Of a DNA stretch of 64,000 bases, positions 1-13,100 are shown piece by piece. The DNA comes from Antedon mediterranea (lineage: Eukaryota; Animalia; Echinodermata). Below the pieces are notes generated by a model, which was not told the origin of the DNA, searched no databases, and saw only the letters and a list, made by a program, of their open reading frames with translations. Numbering within the stretch: position 1 is the first letter of the stretch; the number at the start of each line of letters is the position of its first letter. The stretch covers positions 13,206,001 through 13,270,000 of the forward strand of contig NC_092672.1 of NCBI RefSeq assembly GCF_964355755.1. The letters are read 5' to 3'. Both the position numbers and the translations under genes were made by a program.

Positions 1-374
1 TGCAAAACGTTATATATTTTTTTATTTTGAAAAATATTTGTGTCCTATTTAAATTGCATATCGTTTATTTTAGTTTGCCACAAATCAATAAGTTTTACTT
101 AGTCTCAAGAGTAGTAGGTTACACTATTATTATAATTATTGTTGGAGAGACACACCTTACCGGTGACAGCGTTTGTTTAATGCTTTTGTCTTTCCTCGGC
201 CTCGTGTCTTGTTTTTCATATATATATATATATTTTTATGTTTTTTTTTGTAATTATTATTTATGTTTATTGCCGAAATGAATAAAATAAATAAATAATA
301 AATAAATAAAATTGGCACTGTGATACATCTACATTGAAAATCAAATCATATTGGAAATTAATTAATTACCTTAA

Positions 375-677
375 AGATGTATTGTGTCCCTGAAAAATAA
401 ACATTTTTTAATCCACTCTGAAAAAAAAATGGATCGAAACAAATTGTATTTACATGAAAAAAATGTAATTGAATAATAATTTAAAGCAAAAAATGGTAAA
501 ATTGGCTGCCAGCCAATGGGGTTTTGGTTGAGTTTAACCATTTATTTTGTAATTTTATAAGTTTTATATCGTTTTTAATCCCCATAAGCAATTAACTTTA
601 TTAAAACTACAAAATAATGTATTCAAAGTCTGATTTAAATAATCTTCATCTTTCAAGTTTTGGAGGACAATACATCT
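375..677. mobile_element. Kolobok-like MITE (TTAA target duplication, AGATGTATTG terminal inverted repeats)
   Basis: TTAA|AGATGTATTGT ... ACAATACATCT|TTAA. The same termini bound the 2.5 kb element at 26813-29285; solo right ends occur at ~15125-15143 and ~62676-62694. Confidence 0.7.
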
Positions 678-1182
678 TTAATCAATTTAAACAGAAGCTA
701 GTATCCTACTCCGCCTTCTCATTAGATGTACGTACTAATATTTCGTACACCAATAAATTTGCTGTAATGTTTATAAACTTTAGTATTTTTTAACATTATT
801 TGTATATTTCTTGCATAATTTTACCTGTAATTGTGTTCTTTAATTCCATGGAAGACTAAAAAAATATACAATTGTATGTATTAACAATGCCGTTTCACGG
901 TTTATGTTTTTTTTTATATTTGTATTGACTTGGTTTAATTTGATCCAATTGCTTTTAAAATAAAATTGTACACAGTAATAGAGATCTGTTATTCCTGGAG
1001 TACGGTGATTACTTAAGCACAATGGCAGTATACAAATAAAAAAAGTGTTTTTGAATAGTTGACGTGATGTTATTGCTTTTTTTGTGATGGGAAGTTTTAC
1101 TAAAATTTGTACCATATTTTGTTTTTAGCCAATACCACAATGGTATCTATACGTAAATAAGATACAATATTATATTTTACAG

Positions 1183-4100
1183 ATGTTTTGGATTTCACAA
1201 TAGTGGTTAATAGTGCCGTGGTTGATGCAAACGATGAGGTTAATTTTGGTGGATACCTACATAAATCAGAAGAATCAACATTAATATTTCTAGGTCAAAA
1301 TATCCTTACAGAAACTGATTCTAATGAAAATGAAGTGGAATGGACGGATGGTGATAACCCGCCGATAGTCTTAGATAATTCATTCTTTCCAACTGGAACA
1401 AGTTTAGGCACAGAAACGACTTCAGAATACCAGGCTTTGATAATGACAATGCCCAACAGTAGTGGTATTGCAGAAGTAGGATCGTTTTACGGAAAAGCAA
1501 TGGCTCAAAGCAAAGAAGAATTTATACCTTTTGTTATTCTAAATTCAAATGGTAGTTTTCTATTTTTGTTTTTGGTTTCATTTTCTATAGACTGATCGTC
1601 TGAAATGGTATGGGGAAAGGAAAAGTCATCGGCATCAATAACAATACAATTATAAACACGTCTATATGTCATAGGCCTTATAGTATAAGATCATTTTAAA
1701 GACCAAAATAATATTCAGTCTTGTGTAAAGTCTATACTTCCATGCTTAAACATTGACCCGACACGATTGACATGATCTTTTTTTTTCTTTACGCCTTCCG
1801 TCGGACAATATTAACGATGGCGACAGGTACATGAACTCATTTAGACATAAACTGCATACATCGCACGCATGTATTGTTTTTTGTTCTTAATCTCTATTTT
1901 CCATTCTTATTACTTGTAATGTCTTTCTTTTATTTATATTGTTGTTACATTATTGTTGTTATGGTATGCGTAATGTAACTGTAACAAAAATAAAACTAAA
2001 ACATTAACAACTTAATATAATTAATATAATAATGAAGTGAATTCAACACTGTTTTTCCGCATAGCAACTGTTGTTCCTAAGTATCGATCTTTAACTGCAA
2101 GCATCGGTGATGATTTGACAGGCTTAATAATGGTAACCAGCTATGGGACAGGTAGTTACAGGTGGCGACATAATGGCGGAAATGTTATAACCTCATACAA
2201 TGGTAAAAGTAGCCTTGAATTGACCAATGTTCGTATGGCAGATGCGGGTGTATATGAGTGTTACTTACATGAAACAGGAAGAGACGGAAGGCATGCCATT
2301 ATTCAAATAAATGTTAAAGGTATGCATGATCTGATTGTTTAGACTGTAGCATTTTAGTGTTCAACTATACTAACTTTTTGAAGGTTTGGTTTAATAAAAA
2401 GTTTAAATCTAAAAATGTAATGCAACTTATGAATAAGCGACTAATAATTATGGTGTTAATATGTTATGTACGAAAATTACGCAATATCTGGAATATACAA
2501 TATGAAAATAACTATAATTAAGTAAGGGCATGTGGCGCAGTGTGTTGGACGTTGGACTACCGATCGCCAGACCTAGGTTCGAATCCAACTCTCGCCGCAT
2601 TGCTTGTATCCGTAGGCAAGATACTTTACTTACGTTGCCTCTCTCCACCCAGGTGTACCCAGTTAGATCTAGACACAACTTTGCGCTGGTTACCGGCTGC
2701 ATTATGGGAGTATGTTTCCATACGTGTTTGATCCCAAAAACATACTGGTTTGATGATTTGATGATTACTCATGAAAAGGGCGCTATATAAATGTGGTATT
2801 ATTATATAATTAAAACGGAATATGACAATTTTTAAAATAGCTGAAAACACATTAGGCCTGATACTGATTTTTGTAAAAATCAACAATTAAGTATTCTGCA
2901 TGTCAAAAGCGACTTTAAAGAGAAGGGAATCAAAGGGAAACAAAGAAAATGATAAAATTGAATGTAGAAGAATATTTTTCCTGATTTGACCGTTTGACCA
3001 ATCGGAGAACTTTGAAGCCATGTGATAACTTGTGTAATCAATAAACGATAGACGTTTGATTATAATCTGATAAAGCCTGGATTGTGTAAAAGACAGACAG
3101 AACCATAGTTATTATAAGGATTATCTTATATCAAATTTTTCGAATAGGATGTTCGAAAAGGAAGTGGGGAACAGATTGTGATTTAAATTGTCCTGTATGT
3201 TACAACGGTGGAATATGTGATCACATTACCGGCTTATGTATCTGCGCGGCTGGGTTCGAAGGTGTAGATTGTTCAAAAGGTAGTGTTTACACACAGTTTG
3301 TTTTACATTTCATTTTTTTTTTAAATTTAAACATAAATCCTTCAATTTGATTTCGTGTAAATAACGTCACTGCTGTCTATCTATTGTACCGTTGACATGG
3401 TACAGTTTTGGACCCTAAATAGACAGTAGCTGCATTTGTAGTCTGGTTGGTGGTATGTGTAATTATAGCTGTACTAGCAGGGAAGATTGAGCAATACTTT
3501 AATCTTCCCTGCTACTGTATGGAAGTTAAATATTATGGTTATGTTTACTTTAATATTAGCCTAAAAAATGGGAACCGTTATTATTTGAAAATCGAATTGT
3601 TTGGCTTATATACCATCTATTTACTTTCTGTAAATCGGCTTAGAATATTTAGCAAAGAATAAATAACAATGAGAAAGACCGTATTTATAATTTTGGATGT
3701 ATTTCTGTACAAATTGCATGTTTTATTACTCAACTGAGGCTTTGTATTTCAGGTTGTGAATCGTCGAACTGGGGAAGAGAGTGTTCTATAAATTCTGTAA
3801 CAGGACACATTGGAAAGACGTTTTGCCCTCCACATCCACTCAGTTGCTCTTGTTATGCTGGGTACACTGGACATGTATGTGATCAAGGTAATGAGACGAA
3901 ATTGCTAGATATCGTTATGTTGATTTGTATCTCAAAAATGTATCATTCAAATTGCTATAGTCCTACTTTTTTTTTTATAGAAAACTGAGTCCTTTTTGCA
4001 TTGCAAATAATCGTGTCTCGCTACCAGATCTTGAATTAAAATGAGATAACAATATTATTATTCGTCTATCAAAGTGTATTAAAAACTTAGGTGTAATGTT

Positions 4101-7100
4101 TGATAGCTCTTTAAATCTTACTTGAATCTTACTTGAATCTTACTTGAATCTTCGGGCTCTTGATTAAGGCAAATGCCTTTTAAACGCCCTCCATTTCTTC
4201 TGTATTTATCTAGAATTGGTAGCAAAATTTATCTCCCATTGCTCTGTCTTTGTTTAGTTGATCCTTGAATGCATTTATGTTTTCTGCTTGTACTGTAGTG
4301 TGGTATAGATTGTTCCATGTGTTGACGATTCTACATGAAAAGGAGTGGCTTCTGATTTTCAGTCGGGCTCTTGGCTTTCTTAATTTGAATTGATGGCCCC
4401 TTGTTCTACTGTCCTCTCTAAAGTCAAAAAAGGTTTCGGCTTCAATATCATCCAAGCCCTTGATAATTTTAAACACTTGTATAATGTCCGCTCTCCTTCT
4501 TCTGTAATTTAGTGTAGGTAATCCAAGCTCTTTTAATCTCTGATCGTAAGATTTATCTCTTAACTTTTTGACAATTTTAGTGGCCCTACGCTGCACTCTT
4601 TCAAGCTTATCCAAATCACCTTTTAGGAGAGGGTACCATATACAGCTTGCGTATTCCAGATGAGGTCGAATTATACTTTTATAAAGGGGCAGGAACATAT
4701 CCTTATCCATGTAAGCAAAAGATCGCCTTACCAATCCAATGAGTCTATTTGCTTTATTTACAGCTTCATTCGTATGTAGTGAAAATTTTAAAGACTGATC
4801 AAAAGTAACTCCAAGGTCCTTTTCAGTATTGGCATTTGGCAGATCCTCGTCACCTTCCTCTGTTGGCATAGTGAATTGCATTTGTGGATTTGAATTTCCA
4901 TAATGTATTACTTTACATTTATTAATGTTGAATTTCAGCTGCCATTTTTTAGACCAATCGGATAATGCCTTGAGATCATTTTGAACAGTATCATTTCTGT
5001 TTTCATACACAACATTAAACATCTTAGTGTCATCTGCAAACATCCATACTTTAGATTTAACTGCATCAGGTAGGTCGTTTATGAAAATTATAAATAATAA
5101 AGGGCCTAACACGCTGCCTTGAGGGACTCCGCTTTTAACCGTAGACCATTCAGAAAATGCTGCGGCCACTCTAACTCTTTGTCTCCTCCCTGTCAAAAAT
5201 TGATGTATCCATCTCAGTAGGTTTCCTTTTATTCCGTACGCTTCCAATTTTGTTATTAATCTCTGGTGGGGGATAGAATCGAATGCCTTACTAAAATCCA
5301 AATATACAGCATCAAAGTTTTCCCCCGCATCCAGCAATTTCATCCATTCTTCCATCACCTCCAGCAATTGTGTGACGCAAGATCTACCTTTCCGAAACCC
5401 ATGCTGTGCTTTTATAATAAGGTTTCTATCATTTAGAAACTGTATAATTTTGTCTCTCACAATTGATTCCAAAAGTTTGCATACGACAGATGTCAAACTT
5501 ACTGGCCTGTAGTTTCCGACCTCCGTCTTGTCCCCTTTCTTAAAAATTGGTACTACATTTGCACATTTCCAGCACTCCGGTAACTGTCCAGTCGATAGTG
5601 ATTTGTTGTATATTGACGTCAATGGAGTTGCAACAATTTCTTTAAGTTCCTTCAGTACTCTTGGATGCACGTCATCTGGTCCAGCTGATTTATTTGAGTT
5701 CATCTGCTGAAGGCATGTAAGCACTTCCTCCTTTGTCACTTCAATTGACTCCAAATGGTCATCCACGTCAACTCTTGGTGTAACTTCTGGCAATGACTCG
5801 AGGTCTTCATTCGTGAATACACTTGTGAAAAATGCGTTGAAAATTTCCGCTTTATGCTGATTGTCATCAGCCATATTACCCTTTCCATTCTTCACCAATC
5901 CAATAGATTGAGTTGTTTTGGTTTTCTCTCTTACATATTTCCAGAAACTTTTAGGATTTGTTTTTACTTCATTGCATATTTTCCGCTCCAGTGCAATCTT
6001 TGCTGCCCTTTTTTCACCTGTTACTATATTTCTTGCCTTTTTGTAACTGTCATAATCCTTCTGTTGTCGAGACCTTGTAAACTTTTTCCATGCATTATGT
6101 TTCATTTTAATTTTCCTCTGAACGTCACCAGTCATCCAGATAGGTTTATTTTCTTTTTTTATGTTTGACTTGGGAATACAGATCTGAACAGCATTTCTTA
6201 TTGATTTATTTAAAGCTTCACAGGCCTCTTCAACATTTGTATTTTCAAATTGGTAGTCCACCTCAGTAATCAGTTCTTTCATTTTAATATAGTCACCCTT
6301 GTTGAAATTTAGCTTATATTCCATTTTCTCTTGTATTTTAGTTACACAGTCATATGAAAACAAGATTGTTACGTGGTCGCTTTTTCCTAATGGTGGACCT
6401 ATCTCAATTTCACTTATTTTGGTTTCATCCATGGTGATTACTAAGTCGAGTATGTTAGGTGTTTGACCATCTCGAAATCGTGTTGGTTGCTGTATACACT
6501 GGCATAGAAAATTATCTCTAAGGCATTCTATAAACCGATTACTTTTATGTGTTTCATTTTTATTTGTACTCCAAGAAATCCAATCAATTTCAGGAAAATT
6601 GAAATCTCCTAACATGATGAAATCAGAAATACCATTTAGTTCACTTGCTTTGTTGATAGCAGATAGTAACGCTTGATTATTTTCGTCAATACTGTTAGGA
6701 CTTCTGTAAATACATCCGCATAATAGTTGTTGCCTTTTATTTATTTCAATTTTGATCCATAGTGCTTCCACAAAATTTAAATTCAGTAATTCGTTACAGA
6801 TACTGGCATTCAGCTCTTCCTTCGCAAAAATAACCACACCTCTACCACTTCTGCCAGAATCAAATTTTGTGTATCCCTTGATGCTTAACTCAACTTCCAA
6901 TATGTCTGTACAAGTTTTGTTATTTACTTCAGTTATTGCAACCACATCAGGTTTCCTTTGATTTATAATATCACGTAACTCACCCATTTTATTTCTCAGG
7001 GCATCTGCGTTTGTGTAAAGAAATTTCAACGACTTCTCATGAAAATCAACAATATCATCGTTTCTTAATCTAGATTTCTTCTGCTTTAATCCTTCTATAA

Positions 7101-10100
7101 AAGTTTTAAATTTTTTCTTGTCCTCTGAACATTTTTTTTTTCTTATAAATTTTTGTTTCACTTTTCTTTCTAAGTTAAAATAATTTTCTTCAAAACAAAA
7201 AGATTCTATATTTGAAAATTCTTTATGATGATGAACTAGGGCCTCGAAAACGATCAAACGCCAGTTCGCTATCCCGCTTCATAATTTTACCTCTTCTTAT
7301 AACAAGATCAATCTCGCCGTTATCTTTCCTTGATCTTAGTTCCTGTCTTAACTCATAGTTCATTTGCCTCTCTTTTTTTGATCTATCAGGATTAATATAT
7401 ATGTTCTTTAGAAATGCGTGATCCGTGCTTCTAAGTTTTTTTGCATTTACCATCACTTCCCTTTTACTTTTCAGGCTATCCAAAGAAACTCTTGCCATTC
7501 TACACCCGTCTTCCGTGTATTTCCCAAGCCTGATCACTTCAGTTATTTCAACTCCCTCTATCTCTAGACACTCATTGAATAATTTCTCAATAGCAACCCT
7601 GTCTTCCTTCAGTCTCTGCTGAGAACTTTGGTTATCAGATTCAGGTAGATTTTCGATCACAATATTTAATTTACGAGATTCTCTATCTCTATATTCTTCA
7701 ATGCCTTCCTGAACACTCTTTAATTTTCCCATCCATTAGATCGTAGCTCTCTTTTAATTCTATCAAATTATTTCTTGTGTCGACCTGGATTTTTTCAATG
7801 ACTTCAATGTTTTTATTGGTTATTGATGCTCTAAGCGCCTGATCTTTTTGCGTTTTTTCCACAATATTTAATCTCGCATTCATATTTTCCTGCAATTCAT
7901 TTATCTCCGCAATTTTCTTCAACAAAGGTAACTGTACAAGGCATGTATCACATGACCATAAAAAATTCTTTATTTCGCCGTCGGAGAGGAGAGCATACAT
8001 TTTATTTGAGAGTTTTGAACATTTCAGGCAGAAACACCTCTTACAAATGTCACAATTTACGCCCTTATCCTTTTCGCCTATGATGGTTTTACAGATAGCA
8101 CAAGCTCCCTCAACTGACTGTGGAGTTGCTTCCTGTTCAGGTTGGCTAGGCCTAGGCCTAGCATCTGCAGGCCTAAATCTAGGTTCCAGTTCCATATCCT
8201 TTCTATCCCTTGCCTTCCCTCTAGTAGTAGGCCTACCTTCAGCCATGGTTGTTAAGTTCAAGGAACACTAGGCCTAGCCCCTACACCCTGCTTCCAGGAC
8301 TCTATGCTCCTCTGTATGGATACTGTAGGCTTCACATGGGTCCAGTTGACTTACCCCGACTTAGCAAAGACGCTTCCAGAATATCGAAAAATATATCCTT
8401 TTTGATACAAATTTCTTGGTACTAGTACTTATTATCAATTAATATATCATATCATCCACTTTGAAGAACAATTTAAATCCCGGTTTCAAAGATTTTAGCA
8501 GATTTAATTCATGAGGTTCAGAGCAAAATAAAACTACATGTTGCATTATCGAATAGCGCCACCAAAAATGTCCTCTAAAGTAAATGCTTTATGAAAGTCA
8601 TTGAATAACCAACTCCGTAAGTGGCACATACTTCAATATATTTCTAAGGATGCAAGCCCCAATGCCGTCAGGGGACTGATCCTGTCCCGCCTTGACTACG
8701 CTAACTCGCTCTTGCTTGGTGCCCTCGAAGTTGATCCTAAACGATTACAGCGATTGCAGAACAAGACTGGTCGTTGCGTGTGGACGGGTGTGTTATTAAA
8801 AGATCTCCATTGGCTTCATATAAAAAAAAAGAATTTTGTACAGAAATATTGTTTTTGTTTATAAATGTATTTACTCTGTTGTTCCTTTGTACCTTTTTGA
8901 TTTAATTACGTTTAACCGTGATCAGCTTTCATTTAATTACTAATGTCGACTTCACTCCTCCAATGATCCCACCCGACTTTTCGTTCCACGATCTAATCGG
9001 AAAGCTGGTGACGGTGTTTTTTCTGTCACCGCTCTACGGATCTGTAACACGCTACCTGTCGATTTGAGAGGAGCGATTTCGGCATTCTTGTCTTCAGTTA
9101 AAATAAATAATAAATATAAATAACTTTTTAATTATGTATAGAATGTATACTGGGAATGTATGGTCCGAACTGCGCATGTGTGTGTCATTGTCCGACAAAT
9201 GTGTGCGATAGACATAAAGGTTGTGCCGAGGATTCTGAGTGTTATCTGGGTTATGCAGGAAAGACATGTCTAGGTGAGTGTAACATCAGTCAACGATCGT
9301 TACTTTTCTATCTATTCAAATGTATTTATGATTGTTAATTTCAAAACAATTAAACTTGTTTAATATTTTACAAATCAGAACACCTCTCCTGTCCACCTGG
9401 TATGTTCGGTGAATTTTGTCAATATACTTGTCACTGTGAGAGTAAAAAAACAGACATAATAGCAGGCTGTGACAAACATACTGGAGAATGTTTAAATGAC
9501 GCCAGCTGTGCTAGTGGATGGGCTGCGTCTGATTGTCAAATAGGTGAATTAGTTTATATTCAATAAATCGTATAAGATTTTTTTATTTGTAGTTCGATCA
9601 TCAATTAAAACAAATAAGCAATGCTCATATGCATACATTTTAATATATTATTTACTCACTAAATATTAATAGTATAAATAAATTTGATCCGAATTTCATT
9701 TTTTTCTTACACGATTTTATCGTTGAACAGTCGTCGTTATGTAACACAATATGCTTTAAAACATTCAGACTTTATCATTATCAGCTTTGCCAATTCTCAA
9801 ACGTAACCCAACTACAAGTGTTACAGAAAACAGTATAACTATAAGCTGGGAACCATGGACGAGTAGTATTGACTACGGAACCGGACCCGTCACAAAATAC
9901 CAAGTAATCTATCGGACACCACCGAACTCTGGATTTCCTTTTATATTATGGCGGGAAGTAAATGTGGACGATTTAATGCGAGTGGACATTGATGATTTAG
10001 AACCAAGAACTAACTATGAAATAAGAATTATTTTACATAGGCAGATTGATGGAGAGAATTATACATCAATTGGCTCAAGTAAAATAGTTGTTACCTCAGG

Positions 10101-13100
10101 AGAAGGTAAGAAAGATATACTAACTCATTTGCAAGATATATTTTATTACCGTTTTTATACAAGTGATATTATAGTCAAGTCAAGTCAAGTATAATCTTTA
10201 TTCGTTCCCACAAGGAGAAAATTACATTGCTCGTCTTCAAATACATCATAATTACAATATATAAAATAACATGACAATACAACAATACCAATATTAAAAA
10301 CTCACAACAAGAACATACATATTATTTCATGGTGCTCATCTACCTGTTGGCAGAAAGGAGAAAAGTTATCGGTTTGTCTCAGCAGCCGCGGATCTTCCAC
10401 TGCGAACACTCCTGAGACTGCCTAAATCGGAATTAACTTTCATCCCTCAACACCATCCCAAAAAGCCTGTCCAGGTTCTCGCAATAAACTTAATCCACCG
10501 ACTGCTGACACAAACCATACATCCTCTCAACCCTTCTTACCACACGATCAATTCTACCCTTATCTCCCTCTGTAACATTTCCATCCCACCCTGCAATACA
10601 ATATTTCCAAACCCCAACAATAATAGACTGATAGAATGTAATCAAAATATTATTATTTACACTGAACTTGTTTTATTACTACGGAAAGTAACATATTTTG
10701 GTTATTTTCAGACAAAATCATGGATTTTACATTTTATTGTGCCACACCACGAATTGACGTTGATGATAATACGATGTCTACGTTTATTGGCGGATATAGT
10801 GGCAGTGATCATCAAACAAATGATATACAAATCGGAAAAATTGTAACTGAAATTGGAGAAGATTTTCTCGGTCGTGAAATAACATGGAACGATGGATCCA
10901 AAGTAGGAGTGATATTGGGCAATGAAACCATGTTTCCAGCTGGAACTCGTGTCCAAATAGTAACTCCGGAAAACTTCAATGCATTGCGTGTGTTTATTGA
11001 CTCTGCCAGTGGCGTTAATAAACTGGGAGCATTTTACGCAAAAGCTAATAAATTACGAATGTGTAGTTATATATCTAGCGAAATTGTGTCAATCATCTTA
11101 AGTAAACATGGTAAGTTTTTGAAAAATCTTTCCACGGTAAGAGAATTGAATGATTATGACGTTGGTGGGACACAAGGTGCACATTAGCGACCATACTATA
11201 ATTATTTACATATTGTATATAATGATAGGTCTATATGAAAGAATGCAAAAGACCAAATGTGTTTTAATGTTTATCTATTTATTACCATCAATATACCATT
11301 GGAAAAAAGTGTATCCAGTCAAAGCAGTCATCAATTCAATTTTGGTCTTCATCAAATACAGCATGTTGAATTTGTAATAATATAATTTAGAATTATAATA
11401 AATTATTATTAATAGTTTCTTGTATACGGAGTATTATAAAATATGGTTATTGTTTAGATTTTACTTTGTGATACTGTTCAGTCATTACTTAATGTTAATT
11501 ATAATGTTGTAGCATCAGTAACGTCTGTTAAAAGAACTTGGACAACCGGTACAGGAGAACGTGTAATGATGGACATGGTTGCTGACAACTCGACAGATAA
11601 ATGGTGGCGCCACAACGGCATTACTCTTAACGAATGGAACAACAGTATTTTCATCCAAATAGATGTAGTAAGAAAACAAGATGCTGGAATATACGAATGC
11701 TTACCTAGCGAAAATTGGAAGAATGGCAATAAAGGAATTACAAACCTAATTGTCAGAGGTAAAACGAATTCTTTACTTTAAACAATATGATGCTTAACGA
11801 CTTGTAAAAATTGATTTTAAAGTCGTGATACTTTATTTTCACACCAGACTGTCCACTTCGTAAATGGGGACCACCTGATTGTTTACGCAACTGTCCAATT
11901 TGTTATAATGGCGGAGTTTGTGATGACATAACAGGATCATGTGTGTGTACTGTCGGTTTTCGCGGTATCAATTGTGAAACAGGTCTGTGAAGTTTAATTA
12001 TTTTATCTTTAATTCATTATCTAGGCCTATAAACACATTTACGTAAGGGCAAAATTTGGTAAATCTCGTCTAACTTTTAGAATTTTTACTCAATTATATA
12101 GAAAGTTGATACCTTTCAGTACTGATTTTTAACACATAACAAAAACCGGTACACAAATTAACTTTAGTTAGATAATTAATTATTGCCTATTAAAACGAAT
12201 TTAGGTTAAACGATTTGCCTCGAATATGAGGATGCTTCACTTCAGGCTCCGTATCTCTCAATAATTGTTTTTAATTTCTGATTCTCGGCACACAACTCGA
12301 TTACAAAATCGTAATGGTAAACTATTAAAACAAGTGATAAGAAATACTATTTTACTTTTAAAACATAGGCCTTTTCAGAGATTTTAACAACGTAGTAATA
12401 AAGATATAGACGAACTGATTAAGATTTAAGATTTAAGAGGTAAACAATAGGTATTTTTTTAAAGGCTAGCGTATTCGATTACTAAATGTTTCATTGTGTT
12501 TTATGTGGTACTTATTAACTTATAATGTATATGTACACAAAATACAATCAACTTTAGTACTGCAGTTTACACCATCCAATTCTCGTAGCTAAATTTTAAA
12601 TTTGTTCTCAAGTCAAGATCAATTATTTCATTTGGTACTGTACAAAATTATTCTTTTAATTTTTTTTTTCCGCGGAACAAAATTCTATTAAGGGGAAAAA
12701 TTCGTTTTTTTTTCTCGCAAAACACCTATTAAAAAAGGAAACAATTTCGTTTTTTGGTTAGTGTCTGAATGCAGGGACACTCTTATAACAAGCCCATATA
12801 CATGGCTGCAGTCGCGTGCTCAAGTTAGTGTTTACCGACCGACCGTCACGCGACTAATAAGAACAAAGGTGTCCTTTTAATAGGGATTATACTGTTTCGA
12901 GAACCATCTGTGAACACGACCTAGACGGTACGCGACCAAAGTCTATTAGTAATTGTCTGTATAAATTCATAAGGATATGTATGTACATATATTATAAATA
13001 AAACAAAACAATAAAGCCATCAACATGTTTGTCTGTATCTATATTAAGCCGTTTTGCCAACTTCAGTAACAATTATTATTAGGCCTACTAGATGGTACGC

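Larger units (their letters stand above)
4114..8563 (-). mobile_element. Full-length CR1-clade LINE in intron 4 of receptor A
   Basis: 5'UTR, PHD-containing ORF1, APE-RT ORF2, 3' hairpin (AAGGC-AAAT-GCCTT) and (ATTCAAGTAAG)n tail at 4114-4152. It splits an older L2 fragment. Confidence 0.92.

Noticed and set aside
1067-1142. Signal-peptide-like frame MLLLFL*WEVLLKFVPYFVFSQYHN with a phase-1 GT donor just upstream of exon 1183
   Set aside because: It contains an in-frame TGA and would need a 40-nt intron. It cannot be supported as exon 1, though raw reads would be worth a glance.
5528-8271. Plus-strand ORFs (5528, 5854, 6752, 7425, 8047) and similar ones at 58298-60566
   Set aside because: Antisense shadows of LINE ORFs with no independent motifs.
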